In this document: positions 8,310 to 16,352 of the stretch, piece after piece
How positions within the stretch are numbered: position 1 is the stretch's first letter
How the letters are laid out: every line of letters begins with the position of its first letter
DNA from: Candidatus Korarchaeota archaeon NZ13-K
Lineage (GTDB): Archaea > Korarchaeota > Korarchaeia > Korarchaeales > Korarchaeaceae
Length of the DNA: 20,544 bases
Assembly: GCA_003344655.1 (NCBI GenBank)
Contig: MAIU01000017.1
Coordinates: 1 to 20,544 of the forward strand
Direction: 5' to 3'
The notes under the pieces: model-generated
What the model was told of the DNA's origin: nothing
Databases searched by the model: none
Seen by the model: the letters and a program-made list of their open reading frames with translations, nothing else
Made by a program: the position numbers and the translations under genes

Positions 8310-8840
8310 CTACTCCGCCCCATCCCTCCCGGGCCTCACCAGCCTCTCCTCCCTGTCATACTCGATGAGACCGGAGCAGACTCCCCAGTAAATGAGGCAG
8401 TTGAAGGCCTCCTCAAGATCTCCCTGGTGACAGAATCCTCCACTTGAAGCTATTATTCTCATAACCTCCTCCTTCCTGAGGCCTCCCCTCTCCTTCAGCC
8501 TCCTCATCACCTCGCTGAAGACCTCCAGATGCATCAGCTTGCTCCTGATGTAACTACCCCTCTCCGAATGACTCAGCCCCAGGAAATCGATTCCAGATTC
8601 GGTTAGCTTGGCATCACCCTCATCCACCGAGATCAGACCAATCATCTCCAGGAACTCCAGAAGTGGGAGTATCTCATCAGCATGCATGCCCGTCTCCTCG
8701 GATATCCTCGCCACATCAGCCTCCCCGCCCAGATCCCTGAGGAGCCTCAGGAGGCCCAGCACCCTGGAGTAGGACACGGGTAACTCCGACATGGGTCCTT
8801 CACTGAAGGCCCCTCCCAAAAAATAAACTTTGTCCTCCAA
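8310..8840 (-). CDS. small protein resembling the C-terminal AAA-associated domain of NitT/TauT ABC ATPases (stand-alone); alternative start at 8792
   Basis: Immediately follows the ABC ATPase gene on the same strand, 2 nt after its stop. 160-176 aa with wH-like 'LGLLRLLRDLGGEADVARISEETGMHADEILPLLEFLEMIGLI'. Family assignment is tentative. Confidence 0.45.
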   Translation of the reverse strand: MEDKVYFLGGAFSEGPMSELPVSYSRVLGLLRLLRDLGGEADVARISEETGMHADEILPLLEFLEMIGLISVDEGDAKLTESGIDFLGLSHSERGSYIRSKLMHLEVFSEVMRRLKERGGLRKEEVMRIIASSGGFCHQGDLEEAFNCLIYWGVCSGLIEYDREERLVRPGRDGAE

Positions 8841-8842
8841 AC

Positions 8843-9580
8843 TCAGGAGAGGAGACTGTATATCTCATCAACCTTCTCGTAGATGCCCTCATCCCTCCTG
8901 TTCCTGGGCCTCGGTAGGTCTATGTTCACGACCCTCAGAACCACGGAGGGTCTTCTGGATAGGACGACAACCCTATCGGACATTAAAACGGCCTCCTCTA
9001 TGTTGTGCGTCACGAGAATTATGGACTTCAGGCTCGGGGAGCTCTTCCAGAGCTCCAGTATCTCGTGCCTCAGGGTCTCGGCCGTGAGCTCGTCAAGGGA
9101 GGAGAAGGGCTCGTCCATCAGGAGGAGGCTCGGTTCAACGGCCAGGGCCCTGGCTATCCCGACTCTCTGTCTCATCCCACCGGATAGCTCCTTTGGGAGG
9201 AACTCCTCGAACTCCGAGAGTCCGACGAGGCTTAGCCACTTCCTAGCTATCTCCCTCGAGTTCCTCACTCCCCTGGCTCTCAATGGGAGCTCCACCTGCT
9301 CCAACACCTTGAGCCAAGGCACTAAGGCGAAGCTCTGGAAGATCATGGATATCCTTGGATCAGGGGAATCTATCTCCCTCCCATAGAAGGTTATCCTCCC
9401 GGAGCTGGGCCTCTCAATGCCCGCTATCATCCTCAGGATGGTCGATTTCCCGCAGCCACTCGGTCCCACGATAGAGACTAACTCCCCCTCCCTCAGCGAG
9501 AAGCTCACCTCCCTTATAACCTCCAGCTCCTCTCCATCCGAGGGGAAGCGCTTTGAGACCCTATCCAGCTCCAGCATCAT
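8843..9580 (-). CDS. ABC transporter ATP-binding protein, nitrate/sulfonate/taurine (NitT/TauT) family
   Basis: Walker A 'GPSGCGKST', ABC signature 'LSGGMRQRVGIARAL', Walker B 'LLLMDEPFSSLD', H-loop 'ILVTHN'. ATGA overlap with the upstream permease. Confidence 0.85.
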   Translation of the reverse strand: MMLELDRVSKRFPSDGEELEVIREVSFSLREGELVSIVGPSGCGKSTILRMIAGIERPSSGRITFYGREIDSPDPRISMIFQSFALVPWLKVLEQVELPLRARGVRNSREIARKWLSLVGLSEFEEFLPKELSGGMRQRVGIARALAVEPSLLLMDEPFSSLDELTAETLRHEILELWKSSPSLKSIILVTHNIEEAVLMSDRVVVLSRRPSVVLRVVNIDLPRPRNRRDEGIYEKVDEIYSLLS

Positions 9581-11118
9581 TCCACCCTGAATTTGGTCGA
9601 GTAATCGTACAGGAACCTCCAGAGGGTCCTGTTAATGACTATTATGATCGCGGTCAGGACGGCCGTTACGAATATGACTGACGATACGCTTCCCCTCTCC
9701 CACGCAGCGATGCTGAGGAGGGTCCCCAGGCCGTACTGAGATTCATCTCTCGGGAAGACCTCATCCCCCACCTTTATATATTCTGCGACTATGAGGGCAT
9801 TCCAAGCGCCGCCCCAAGCCGTTATCAGACCCGTCACGATCGAGGGGAACATGCCCGGGAGCACGATCTTCCTGAGGTAGAGGAATCCCCTCACTAGGAA
9901 GATCCTCCTCATCTCCTCTAGATCTGACGGTATCGACCTCAAACCGGCGAGGGAGTTGAACATTACGTAGAACTGAGCCCCGAAGAGGGCTAGCATGATA
10001 GCGGCAATCTCAAAACCGATCCCACCCATGGGAAGCACTATGTACCTCACCAGGAAGGGCCAGAGAACGGGAACGGGGAAGGATGCCGCTATCTCGAGAA
10101 CCAACATGAGCTCGTTCCAATGCTTCCCCCTGCCTAACAGGAGGGAGACTGGAAGGGTCCATGTGAGGGAGATCAGGAGCACCGTAAGGACCCTCCTCAT
10201 CGAGTTCAGGGATGCAATCAGGATGAGACCCGGCTCGCTAACGTACTCGGATGAGAGCGACTCCGGTGTCACCGAGAGCGCCGTCCTCACCACCGCGTAA
10301 ACTGTGAATGCCATCAGGAGGAGAGCGGAGATCTTTCCCAGAATTCTGGCCCTTCTCTCAACGAGATTTCCTAATTTCATCAGATGATCCCTCAACCGAA
10401 GCCTTGAGATGCGCCTGATGGTGCGGAAGAAAGCCCTGTGGATGAAGTGGGGGATCCTCACCCAGTGCAGCTCGAGGGGCCTCACCCTCCTCCTCTCCCC
10501 GGCCGAGTACTCGTACTTGAAGTTCTCGCTCCACTCGACGAGGGGCCTCCATATGAAGAGGTACGTGAAGGAGACGAGGAACATCGTCACCAGCACGGAT
10601 ATGACTGCGAGATCAATCCTTGGAGGGGTTTCCATCAGTGACAGGGCGAGAAGGCTCCCCAGGCCCGGGAGCGATATCTCGGCGCTGCCCACCGATATCA
10701 CCTCGGACGCGTAGAGGAAGAACCAGCCTCCAGCCCAGGACATGGCCGAGTTGTAGATCAGCTTCTCCATGGTGGCCGGTATAAGTATCCTTCTGATGTA
10801 AAGAGTCCCCCTGATGCCGTAGATGCGCGTCATCTCCTCCAGATCCCTTGGTATCATCTTCACGGCTTCGTAAACGCCGAAGGTCATGTTCCACACTTGA
10901 GAGGTGAATATGAGGAAGATAGAGGAGATCTCCGCCCCTATGCGCGAGCCGAAGAGGTTCATGAAGAAGATTATGACGACTGGGAAGAAGCCCAGTATTG
11001 GCACGCTCTGCAGCACGTCCAAGACCGGTATCACCAGGTGCTCAGCCTTCTCATTTTTCCCAGCGATGATCCCCACGGAGAGGGAGAATATGAGGGATAA
11101 GATGTACGCGAGGATCAT
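9577..11118 (-). CDS. ABC transporter permease, fused duplicated BPD-transport (TauC/SsuC-like) domains
   Basis: 513 aa with two ~250-aa hydrophobic halves, each with an EAA-like loop region ('SIPSDLEEMRRIFLVRG', 'PRDLEEMTRIYGIRG'). Confidence 0.8.
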   Translation of the reverse strand: MILAYILSLIFSLSVGIIAGKNEKAEHLVIPVLDVLQSVPILGFFPVVIIFFMNLFGSRIGAEISSIFLIFTSQVWNMTFGVYEAVKMIPRDLEEMTRIYGIRGTLYIRRILIPATMEKLIYNSAMSWAGGWFFLYASEVISVGSAEISLPGLGSLLALSLMETPPRIDLAVISVLVTMFLVSFTYLFIWRPLVEWSENFKYEYSAGERRRVRPLELHWVRIPHFIHRAFFRTIRRISRLRLRDHLMKLGNLVERRARILGKISALLLMAFTVYAVVRTALSVTPESLSSEYVSEPGLILIASLNSMRRVLTVLLISLTWTLPVSLLLGRGKHWNELMLVLEIAASFPVPVLWPFLVRYIVLPMGGIGFEIAAIMLALFGAQFYVMFNSLAGLRSIPSDLEEMRRIFLVRGFLYLRKIVLPGMFPSIVTGLITAWGGAWNALIVAEYIKVGDEVFPRDESQYGLGTLLSIAAWERGSVSSVIFVTAVLTAIIIVINRTLWRFLYDYSTKFRVE

Positions 11119-11219
11119 CCTGAGCAGTGACAGCAGCGCGTACGCTGGTGGCAGGAGGTAGGAGAGGGCGAGGATACTCTCACCCCCTCCCCTCCCTCAA
11201 ACGCAATAAAAATCATCAG

Positions 11220-11927
11220 CTATCTCATCATCGCCCTCATGTATAGGAGCATGCCGATCGCGCTGATCACGGCGGAGAGGAGGGGAAGGGAGATGAGCTG
11301 ATCCGTCGTCGGCATTGTCCCCTCCCCGAAGGAGGCCCTGAGCAGGTCCGCGACTATGGAGACCGGATTGTAGTGGGAGATCACCCTCACCGCTAAGAAC
11401 TGATCTAATGCCCTCCTTGGATAGAAAACCGTGCTGAAGAAGAAGAGCACGAAGTAGAGGAGGCTCCTCACCGTAGCCTGGACATCCATCTGCTTGGATA
11501 TCGATGAGAGCGCTATTCCAAGGCTTGACATCGAGAAGGCGAGTAGGACCAGCGATAGAACCGCAACCGCGAATGTCTCAACATCAGGAAACCCCTCCAT
11601 AGCTACGAGGAGAATGAGGAATGGAATCGCATAGACAAGCCCCCTTATCGTCCCTCCCACGGCCCTCCCGAGCAGTAGCTCGCGCCTCCTCATGGGAAGG
11701 GAGAGGAGGTAGTGATGGACGTCCCTCCTTATCTCCATCATCACCTCCCTCCCTATGGAGAATGAGGAGGCGAATATAGCTATCGCAGTTATCCCGGGGG
11801 CGACGAACCTTATGTAGTCCGGTATGAGCGCCCTGTTCACGATACCATTGAAAACCGCTGCCATTATGAAAAGATCGCTGAGGTTCATAGCCACCAGGCC
11901 GGCGAGCCACCATCTGTACTTCCACAT
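11220..11927 (-). CDS. ABC-2 type transporter permease (second permease; start uncertain, ATG 11927 or GTG 11975)
   Basis: The listed 411-aa ORF overlaps the upstream permease. The hydrophobic 6-TM ABC-2-like part begins at 'MWKYRWWLAGLV'. It is paralogous in architecture to the permease at 11966..12730. Confidence 0.6.
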   Translation of the reverse strand: MWKYRWWLAGLVAMNLSDLFIMAAVFNGIVNRALIPDYIRFVAPGITAIAIFASSFSIGREVMMEIRRDVHHYLLSLPMRRRELLLGRAVGGTIRGLVYAIPFLILLVAMEGFPDVETFAVAVLSLVLLAFSMSSLGIALSSISKQMDVQATVRSLLYFVLFFFSTVFYPRRALDQFLAVRVISHYNPVSIVADLLRASFGEGTMPTTDQLISLPLLSAVISAIGMLLYMRAMMR

Positions 11928-11965
11928 CCTTTTGAGGTCCCTCAGCGCCACCTCGAGTACCTGAC

Positions 11966-12730
11966 TCACCTCCACCCCCCTCCTTCCACCTTCCTCTCGA
12001 AAAGGAGAATGCCCACCATGAATGCCGATATCGAAAACCCTAAGAGGAAAGCCATAGCTGAGCCAGGAGACTCGAATTGGGTGTATGAGAAGACCTCCGG
12101 GCACATCAAATATCTGAGGAACTCGGCAAGCTGGGTTATGGGGTTCAACATGGATGGGAGCCTGTAATAGGGGGGCATGATTGAGAGAGGGTACATAGCG
12201 GTGCTGAGCCTGACCAGGATCGCGTCCACGGCCCCGAAAATTATATCGGAAACATCGCTCGACTTCACGAAGGAAACGAATGTTATAACTATGCCGGATA
12301 TCCCGATCGCGAAGAGGAGCGATGAGAAGAGGGAGAGCATCATGGAAAAGGAGTTCAGGTTTTTGAGCAGGAGGAGAACCAGAAGGAGCATTGGAAGCGT
12401 GTATGTGAGGGAGGAAACGGCACACCCAACGGATCTGCCCATCACGAATTCCCACCTTCCCATGGGCAGGGATAAGAAGTACTCGAAGAGACCGTCCTCA
12501 GCCTCTTCCAGTATCTCGTAGCTCATGTAGACGGAAAGGGTGAAGAGTATCGAGCTGTAGACCCCAACCAGGTAGAACTCGTAGAACCTGGGTATCAGGA
12601 CTATCCTCGACATCATGACACCGAATACAGTCACCTGAACGGCGAACCAGGTGAACCTCATCGCTATGAAGAACTTGTACCTCCTAGTCTTGGAGAGCTC
12701 CCTCCTCACCAGGAAGATCGCACCCCTCAT
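11966..12730 (-). CDS. ABC-2 type transporter permease
   Basis: 254-aa, 6-TM hydrophobic protein with an N-terminal 'RRELSKTRRYKFF' cytoplasmic segment typical of ABC-2 permeases. ATGA overlap with the ATPase gene. Confidence 0.65.
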   Translation of the reverse strand: MRGAIFLVRRELSKTRRYKFFIAMRFTWFAVQVTVFGVMMSRIVLIPRFYEFYLVGVYSSILFTLSVYMSYEILEEAEDGLFEYFLSLPMGRWEFVMGRSVGCAVSSLTYTLPMLLLVLLLLKNLNSFSMMLSLFSSLLFAIGISGIVITFVSFVKSSDVSDIIFGAVDAILVRLSTAMYPLSIMPPYYRLPSMLNPITQLAEFLRYLMCPEVFSYTQFESPGSAMAFLLGFSISAFMVGILLFERKVEGGGWR

Positions 12731-13659
12731 ATCCTCTCCCTCGTGAAGTAGAGGAAAACGTCATCCAAACTGGGCTCCTTCATCTTCATGTACCTCACCT
12801 TCGCCCTGAACTTCGATATCCTGTCTAAGATGACTGGGATGAGCTCCTCTCCCCTGTTCAGATGCATCCTGATCCCGCCTTGATCCGACATCACCCTGGA
12901 CACTCCATCTATCTCGCTCAGCTGGTTCACCATCTCCTCCCTAGGGGGAACGTCGAGCTGTATCTCGAGTATATCTCCACCAGGTATGCTGTCCTTGAGC
13001 TCCGAGGGCGTGCCGGAGGACACCAATCTCCCCTCATACATTATTCCGATCTTATCCGATACAATGTCGGCCTCGTTCGTGTCATTGGTTGCTAGCATCA
13101 CGGTCGAACCGGAGTCCCTCAGCTCCCTAATCATGTCCCATATCACGTGCTTCCCCAGCACGTCGACCTGGGCCGTTGGTTCATCGAATATGGCGAATTT
13201 AGGTCTCTGGACGAATATCTTGGCCACTTCAACCCTCTTCCTGTTCCCCCCACTGAGTTGATAGAAGAACTTGTTCCTTTGATCCCATATCTCGAGCCTC
13301 TCCATGACTTCCTTGACCCTCTCCTTCAGCTCCTGCCCCCTGAGGCCGCATATCCTTCCGTGCCACTCCACTATCTCTATGGGCTTGTCCACCCAAGTGG
13401 CCTTGGGCTCCTGGAAAGCTATGCCGAGCAGGCCCCTCACCTTATCCGGCTCCCTCACCACATCATACCCCCCGATTCTGGCCGTCCCGGCGGTCGGCTT
13501 TATGACTGTCGCCAGCATCAGTATCGTAGTCGTCTTCCCGGCTCCATTCGGGCCAAGCAGACCGAATATCTCCCCTTCATCTATGCTCAGGCTCAACCCC
13601 TTGACGGCTGGATTCCTCCCGTAGTACTTGGTTATGTTCAGAACCTCGACGAATGCCAT
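12727..13659 (-). CDS. ABC transporter ATP-binding protein (ABC-2/CcmA-like exporter ATPase)
   Basis: Walker A 'GPNGAGKTT', signature 'LSGGNRKRVEVAKIF', Walker B 'FAIFDEPTAQVD'. Extra C-terminal ~80-aa domain. Confidence 0.85.
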   Translation of the reverse strand: MAFVEVLNITKYYGRNPAVKGLSLSIDEGEIFGLLGPNGAGKTTTILMLATVIKPTAGTARIGGYDVVREPDKVRGLLGIAFQEPKATWVDKPIEIVEWHGRICGLRGQELKERVKEVMERLEIWDQRNKFFYQLSGGNRKRVEVAKIFVQRPKFAIFDEPTAQVDVLGKHVIWDMIRELRDSGSTVMLATNDTNEADIVSDKIGIMYEGRLVSSGTPSELKDSIPGGDILEIQLDVPPREEMVNQLSEIDGVSRVMSDQGGIRMHLNRGEELIPVILDRISKFRAKVRYMKMKEPSLDDVFLYFTRERI

Positions 13660-13682
13660 CGCGGGAGCGAATCACTGTACCC

Positions 13683-13697
13683 TAAAAAATTTATCCG
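13683..13697 (-). promoter_or_regulatory. TATA box (minus strand GGATAAATTTTTTAG) ~23 nt upstream of the ABC-2 ATPase start; preceded by a T-tract that may terminate the Mpg transcript
   Basis: AT-rich element in the 83-bp gap between the Mpg stop (13743) and the ABC ATPase start (13659). Confidence 0.4.
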
Positions 13698-13742
13698 AAA
13701 AAGCCGCCGGAGCCCTCGGCACACAGCAGCGTGTGCTGGAAC

Positions 13743-14303
13743 TCAGCCCACGATGAACCTATCTATGCAGGAGATCCTGAAGTTGAGGGGCTCGGGGAGG
13801 TCCTCCCTCACCCCCACCCTGGGGGATCTCGAGATGCAATCCCGACCCACGCTCACGCCAACCGCGAGCCGAAGCTCCTTATCGCAACGGCAAAGGAAGG
13901 CCTTATGGTGACGCTTGTCCACCCTGAGGTACCTGGTGACACGCCCCGGGCCCCATATGGGATCATCAACGGGCTTCAAGGTTTCCGGATCGACGGGGAC
14001 TATGCCCCTTATGAGGACGGCTCCCGCCTCCCCATCCTCGTGAGCCACCACGTTGAGGAGCCACTCCCTGTGAACCCCGTAAACGAGGGCCGTGCAGGGC
14101 TCCCCATACATGGTCCTCGCGAGATCCCCTCCCTTCCTGGCCCTGGACGCGGGATCCTCGGGGCCGAAGTAGGGTTCGACCTCAGTGACCATGCCCGCTA
14201 CCCACTCGGCCCCGTTCAGGACGACCTTGCCGAGCAGCTCGACGGCCACCAGATCGGGCCTCCTGCGGAAGAAGTCACGCTCCAGTACGGCAGGCTTCGA
14301 CAT
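13743..14303 (-). CDS. mpg: DNA-3-methyladenine glycosylase (Mpg/AAG family)
   Basis: 'LERDFFRRRPDLVAVELLGKVV...AGMVTEVEPYFGPEDPASRARKG...RTMYGEPCTALVYGVHREWLLNVV...GAVLIRG' matches the conserved Mpg/AAG core (EAY-like 'VEPY', 'LNVV', 'VLIRG'). ATG at 14303 is preferred over the listed GTG at 14315. Confidence 0.75.
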   Translation of the reverse strand: MSKPAVLERDFFRRRPDLVAVELLGKVVLNGAEWVAGMVTEVEPYFGPEDPASRARKGGDLARTMYGEPCTALVYGVHREWLLNVVAHEDGEAGAVLIRGIVPVDPETLKPVDDPIWGPGRVTRYLRVDKRHHKAFLCRCDKELRLAVGVSVGRDCISRSPRVGVREDLPEPLNFRISCIDRFIVG

Positions 14304-14373
14304 TGCACCGCTCACCCGGAGCTTTCGTTAGGCACCAGTGAGGTGCCCTTGATGGTGATCCACGGCCACAAGC

Positions 14374-14387
14374 ATAAAAAAAGCTGA
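14374..14387 (-). terminator. oligo-T tract (minus strand AGCTTTTTTTATGC) directly after the stop of the 56-aa wH gene
   Basis: A run of 7 T on the coding strand within 10 nt of the stop codon. Archaeal terminators are oligo-T tracts. Confidence 0.35.
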
Positions 14388-14393
14388 GGAGGT

Positions 14394-14564
14394 TCACTTG
14401 AGCTTGTACTTCCCGTCGCCCGTCTTCTCTATCTTCCCGGCCTTCTCAAGCCTGGTCAGCTGGCCCTTCACAACACCCTCCTTCGCCCCCGTGGCCTTCA
14501 CGAGCTCACTCAGGGACTTCGGACCGGACTTGAGCTGCTCGAGTATCTTGTCCTTCACACCCAT
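14394..14564 (-). CDS. small winged-helix DNA-binding protein (56 aa), absent from the supplied ORF track
   Basis: Hand translation of the minus strand gives MGVKDKILEQLKSGPKSLSELVKATGAKEGVVKGQLTRLEKAGKIEKTGDGKYKLK*. This is a textbook wH pattern (helix-'LSELVK'-turn-recognition helix-'KAGKIEK'-wing 'GDGKYKL'). An AT-rich TATA lies ~40 nt upstream and an oligo-T follows downstream. Confidence 0.5.
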   Translation of the reverse strand: MGVKDKILEQLKSGPKSLSELVKATGAKEGVVKGQLTRLEKAGKIEKTGDGKYKLK

Positions 14565-14605
14565 CCCGATCCCCCCTCACCCTATTGGAGTCACCCGGAG
14601 GAGAT

Positions 14606-14617
14606 CTAAATATTTAA
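14606..14617 (-). promoter_or_regulatory. TATA-like box (minus strand TTAAATATTTAG) upstream of the 56-aa wH gene
   Basis: AT-rich element 41 nt upstream of the ATG at 14564, at the edge of the AT-rich island. Confidence 0.35.
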
Positions 14618-14901
14618 CGCCGCTCCGATGGGCTGGATGGTCGATTAGGGCGCGGATTATTGGCATTTTAAACCGTAATCTTGGGAAAATAATTAAATTG
14701 AATTCCATTTATCATTAAAAATCATGGGAATATCGGTCTAGAGGAAAATTTCATCGCACGCTACCGGGATTCTCAAAGCTCTGCCCTCCTCCGCGCAGCC
14801 CCCGGCATCCGCATGATAGCTCCCGGTGATCCGCGAGTGAGCTCCCCTCGAGGAGGTCCGCCATCGCGAATATGAGCTCGAGGGATGCCCTGGATCCGAG
14901 A

Positions 14902-15468
14902 TCAAAGCGCACCCCTGTAGCACGCGGAGGCCGGGCAGCCCGGGCAAGAGCCCTCCCCGTACCTCCTGCAGGAGCAGCAGTCGATGCCGCAGGGAGGGGA
15001 GGATCTCTCCACATGCACCCTCAATGGGACGTGTTCAGGATACACTATGGCGCCACCCACGACGACATCGCTCCTCCTGACACCCTCATCCGTCCTAATG
15101 GCGCACTCCGATGTTATCGCCTCGAGCGCTCCCATGTCCTCGGCCACCATGATGGCCAGCAGGTTACCTCCAATGTTCCTGGAGAGGAATATGAGCCTGG
15201 GGCAGTCCCTGAACCTCCTTATTATCCTCTCCTCGGCCTCCCTGTTGACGCACTCGATTGAGATTATCACGTGCCTCAGCCCAAGCTGGGAGGGATTTAT
15301 CCAGGCTGAGATCCTTATCAGTCCCCTCCTCCTGAGGCTTTGGATCCTGTTCCTAACGGCCACATGTGACACACCGAGAGCCCTGCCAAGATTCGAGAGG
15401 GAGGCCCTTCCATCGGCCTGCAGGAGCCTTATGAGCCTCTTCTCCCTCTCACCCAGCCCCCTGATCAT
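14902..15468 (-). CDS. Lrp/AsnC-family transcriptional regulator with cysteine-rich C-terminal extension
   Basis: HTH 'EREKRLIRLLQADGRASLSNLGRALGVSHVAVRNRIQSLRRRGLI' plus a RAM-domain-like region up to ~residue 150. A ~40-aa tail follows with 7 Cys ('CGIDCCSCRRYGEGSCPGCPASAC'). Start ATG at 15468 is chosen because the TATA box sits ~25 nt upstream; the listed 237-aa ORF extends through the promoter. Confidence 0.75.
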   Translation of the reverse strand: MIRGLGEREKRLIRLLQADGRASLSNLGRALGVSHVAVRNRIQSLRRRGLIRISAWINPSQLGLRHVIISIECVNREAEERIIRRFRDCPRLIFLSRNIGGNLLAIMVAEDMGALEAITSECAIRTDEGVRRSDVVVGGAIVYPEHVPLRVHVERSSPPCGIDCCSCRRYGEGSCPGCPASACYRGAL

Positions 15469-15487
15469 ATTACAATTTGTAACTAAA

Positions 15488-15504
15488 ATGTTTATAAAAA
15501 TTAC
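15488..15504. promoter_or_regulatory. Near-palindromic TATA element (AATGTTTATAAAAATTA) in the 61-bp divergent gap; likely bidirectional promoter for the Lrp gene (minus) and the TauE/SafE gene (plus)
   Basis: AT-rich box ~23 nt from the Lrp ATG (15468) and ~27 nt from the TauE ATG (15530). Both genes would be leaderless. Confidence 0.5.
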
Positions 15505-15529
15505 GGAATGAATTTTTACGGTGGGGAGG

Positions 15530-16309
15530 ATGATGCTCCGGGAGATAGCGCTCCTCCTGACGGGCCTGGCCGGCGGCATAGTTGGAGGCCTCTTGGGGAC
15601 CGGAGGCTGCGTCATAATGCTCCCGGCCCTGGCCTTCCTCTTCGGCTACAGGCTGCCCGTGGCCATAGGGACGACCATAACGGCCGTCATAATAACCGCA
15701 AGCTCGGGGGCCGTGGGACACATAAGGATAGGGAACGTCGATTACAAAACTGCCAAGGTCATAGCGATCTCTGGTGCGGTCGGTGCTGCCGTGGGAAGCC
15801 TTATATTCATCCTGCTCGCTGGAAACACTTCCATCCTAAGCCTGATACTTGGCCTGGCCTTCCTCTACGTCTCGATCAGGATGATATATGAGGGCTCGAG
15901 GAGGTCCATGGGCGCAGGGGAGGGGAAGGAGATACCGGGAAGCGGTGCGAGGAAAGGTATACTTGGCTTCCTCATAGGAGTCCTAACCGGTATAGTGGGA
16001 CTGGGAGGCGGATACGCCCTGGTTCCCTCGTTCATCTACATCCTCGGAGCCCCCGTGAAGCTGGCCGTTGGAACATCCCTAGCCTCCTTCATATCGATGG
16101 CCCTCGTCTCGGGGGCCTTCAAGCTCGCCCAGGGTTACGTTGATCTGATAGCAGCTCTCCTCCTGGGAGTTGGAACCGCCTTTGGGGCCCAGATAGGGGC
16201 GAGACTCGTTCCCAAGCTCCCGGCATGGGCGATAAAGCTTCTATTCGGGCTGGTGTTCCTCTACGTCTCCCTTAAGTTCATACTCACCCCCCTGGGCATC
16301 AGGATCTGA
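15530..16309 (+). CDS. TauE/SafE (DUF81) family membrane protein, putative sulfite/anion exporter
   Basis: Two repeated 4-TM halves with glycine-rich 'LAGGIVGGLLGTGGCVIMLPAL' and 'VLTGIVGLGGGYALVPSFI' motifs. ATG 15530 is preferred over the listed GTG 15521. Confidence 0.8.
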   Translation: MMLREIALLLTGLAGGIVGGLLGTGGCVIMLPALAFLFGYRLPVAIGTTITAVIITASSGAVGHIRIGNVDYKTAKVIAISGAVGAAVGSLIFILLAGNTSILSLILGLAFLYVSIRMIYEGSRRSMGAGEGKEIPGSGARKGILGFLIGVLTGIVGLGGGYALVPSFIYILGAPVKLAVGTSLASFISMALVSGAFKLAQGYVDLIAALLLGVGTAFGAQIGARLVPKLPAWAIKLLFGLVFLYVSLKFILTPLGIRI

Positions 16310-16321
16310 TCCCATTGAACA

Positions 16322-16352
16322 AATTTTTTCACTCCTCAACCCCGGGTTGAGG
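16322..16352 (+). terminator. T6 tract followed by GC hairpin (CCTCAAC-CCCGG-GTTGAGG) after the TauE/SafE gene
   Basis: TTTTTT at 16325-16330 lies 16 nt after the stop. A 7-bp perfect stem follows immediately downstream. Confidence 0.35.

Noticed and set aside
11185-11199. C-rich tract CCCCTCCCCTCCCTC (G-rich on the minus strand) between the two ABC operons, considered as a G-quadruplex or i-motif element
   Set aside because: Only three solid G3+ runs, so the fourth run is missing. It sits in a terminator/promoter spacer where polypurine tracts are common. No further support.
14640-14740. Possible archaeal replication origin (ORB/mini-ORB boxes) in the AT-rich island
   Set aside because: There is no adjacent orc1/cdc6 gene. 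The TTCC-containing words (ATTCCATT, TTCCCATG) do not match the ORB dyad consensus closely enough, and the island is only ~160 bp.
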